Source of the DNA: Mycobacterium tuberculosis H37Rv
Lineage (GTDB): Bacteria; Actinomycetota; Actinomycetes; Mycobacteriales; Mycobacteriaceae
Length of the DNA stretch: 32,000 nucleotides
NCBI RefSeq assembly: GCF_000195955.2
Contig: NC_000962.3
Location: forward strand, 1,440,001 to 1,472,000
Direction of reading: 5' to 3'
The notes beneath the pieces were generated by a model that did no database searches, was not told the DNA's origin, and worked only from the letters and a program-made list of their open reading frames with translations. Shown piece after piece: positions 31,846 through 32,000 of the stretch. Every line of letters begins with the position of its first letter. Positions within the stretch are counted from its first letter, which is position 1. The position numbers and the translations under genes are program-made.

Positions 31846-32000
31846 TTTTGTTTGGAGAGTTTGATCCTGGCTCAGGACGAACGCTGGCGGCGTGCTTAAC
31901 ACATGCAAGTCGAACGGAAAGGTCTCTTCGGAGATACTCGAGTGGCGAACGGGTGAGTAACACGTGGGTGATCTGCCCTGCACTTCGGGATAAGCCTGGG
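31846..32000 (+). rRNA. rrs: 16S ribosomal RNA, 5' end (truncated by the window edge)
   Basis: TTTTGTTTGGAGAGTTTGATCCTGGCTCAGGACGAACGCTGGCGGCGTGCTTAACACATGCAAGTCGAACGGAAAGGTCTCTTCGGAGATACTCGAGTGGCGAACGGGTGAGTAACACGTGGG contains the universal 27F site and the M. tuberculosis complex helix-6 sequence. Confidence 0.97.

Noticed and set aside
31711-31983. Small ORFs (62 aa on plus, 81 aa on minus) at the window's 3' end
   Set aside because: They lie in the rRNA leader and inside 16S rRNA itself, so they are not protein-coding.

Overview
This 32-kb, high-GC window is core chromosome of the Mycobacterium tuberculosis complex, running from Rv1286 to rrs. From memory, H37Rv has atpE at 1,461,045-1,461,290 and rrs starting at 1,471,846. 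atpE and rrs sit at 21045 and 31846 here, so the window would be H37Rv 1,440,001-1,472,000. I cannot run an alignment to confirm this.

Gene order:
- 3' end of cysNC, with its APS kinase domain
- an Rrf2 regulator
- a LysM x3 esterase (Rv1288-like)
- an orphan ORF (Rv1289-like)
- a DUF2254-type membrane protein (minus strand)
- a DUF732 secreted protein (minus strand)
- tRNA-Arg(CCG) (minus strand)
- argS-lysA-hom-thrC-thrB, then rho, rpmE, prfA, hemK/prmC
- a YrdC/Sua5-type protein, then wecA
- the atp operon: an AtpI-like gene, atpBEFHAGDC, then a DUF2550-like gene
- an ISL3-family IS (IS1557-like, minus strand)
- a PduO-type corrinoid adenosyltransferase (minus strand)
- murA, the rrn promoter and leader, and the first ~155 nt of 16S rRNA

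I found no convincing novel multi-gene system: no CRISPR, defence island, prophage or TA pair. This is housekeeping DNA.

What the gene calls do not explain is small-scale structure:
- A perfect 57-bp x ~3.8 minisatellite fills the thrC-thrB junction. It is open in all six frames and carries a mini-ORF that bridges the thrC stop and the thrB start.
- Classical MIRU units are absorbed into both ends of hemK. They supply start codons for hemK and Rv1301.
- A three-way GTTCGGC/GCCGAAC alternative-hairpin element sits between Rv1301 and wecA.
- A 13-bp inverted repeat can sequester the IS transposase start codon.
- A near-identical 153-bp in-frame duplication lies in the LysM esterase.
- The orphan ORF (Rv1289-like) has lower GC than its surroundings.
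- Several GC-rich, tail-less hairpins lie at gene ends.

Clinically relevant residues are readable: MurA has Asp117, and AtpE has wild-type D28/E61/A63/I66.
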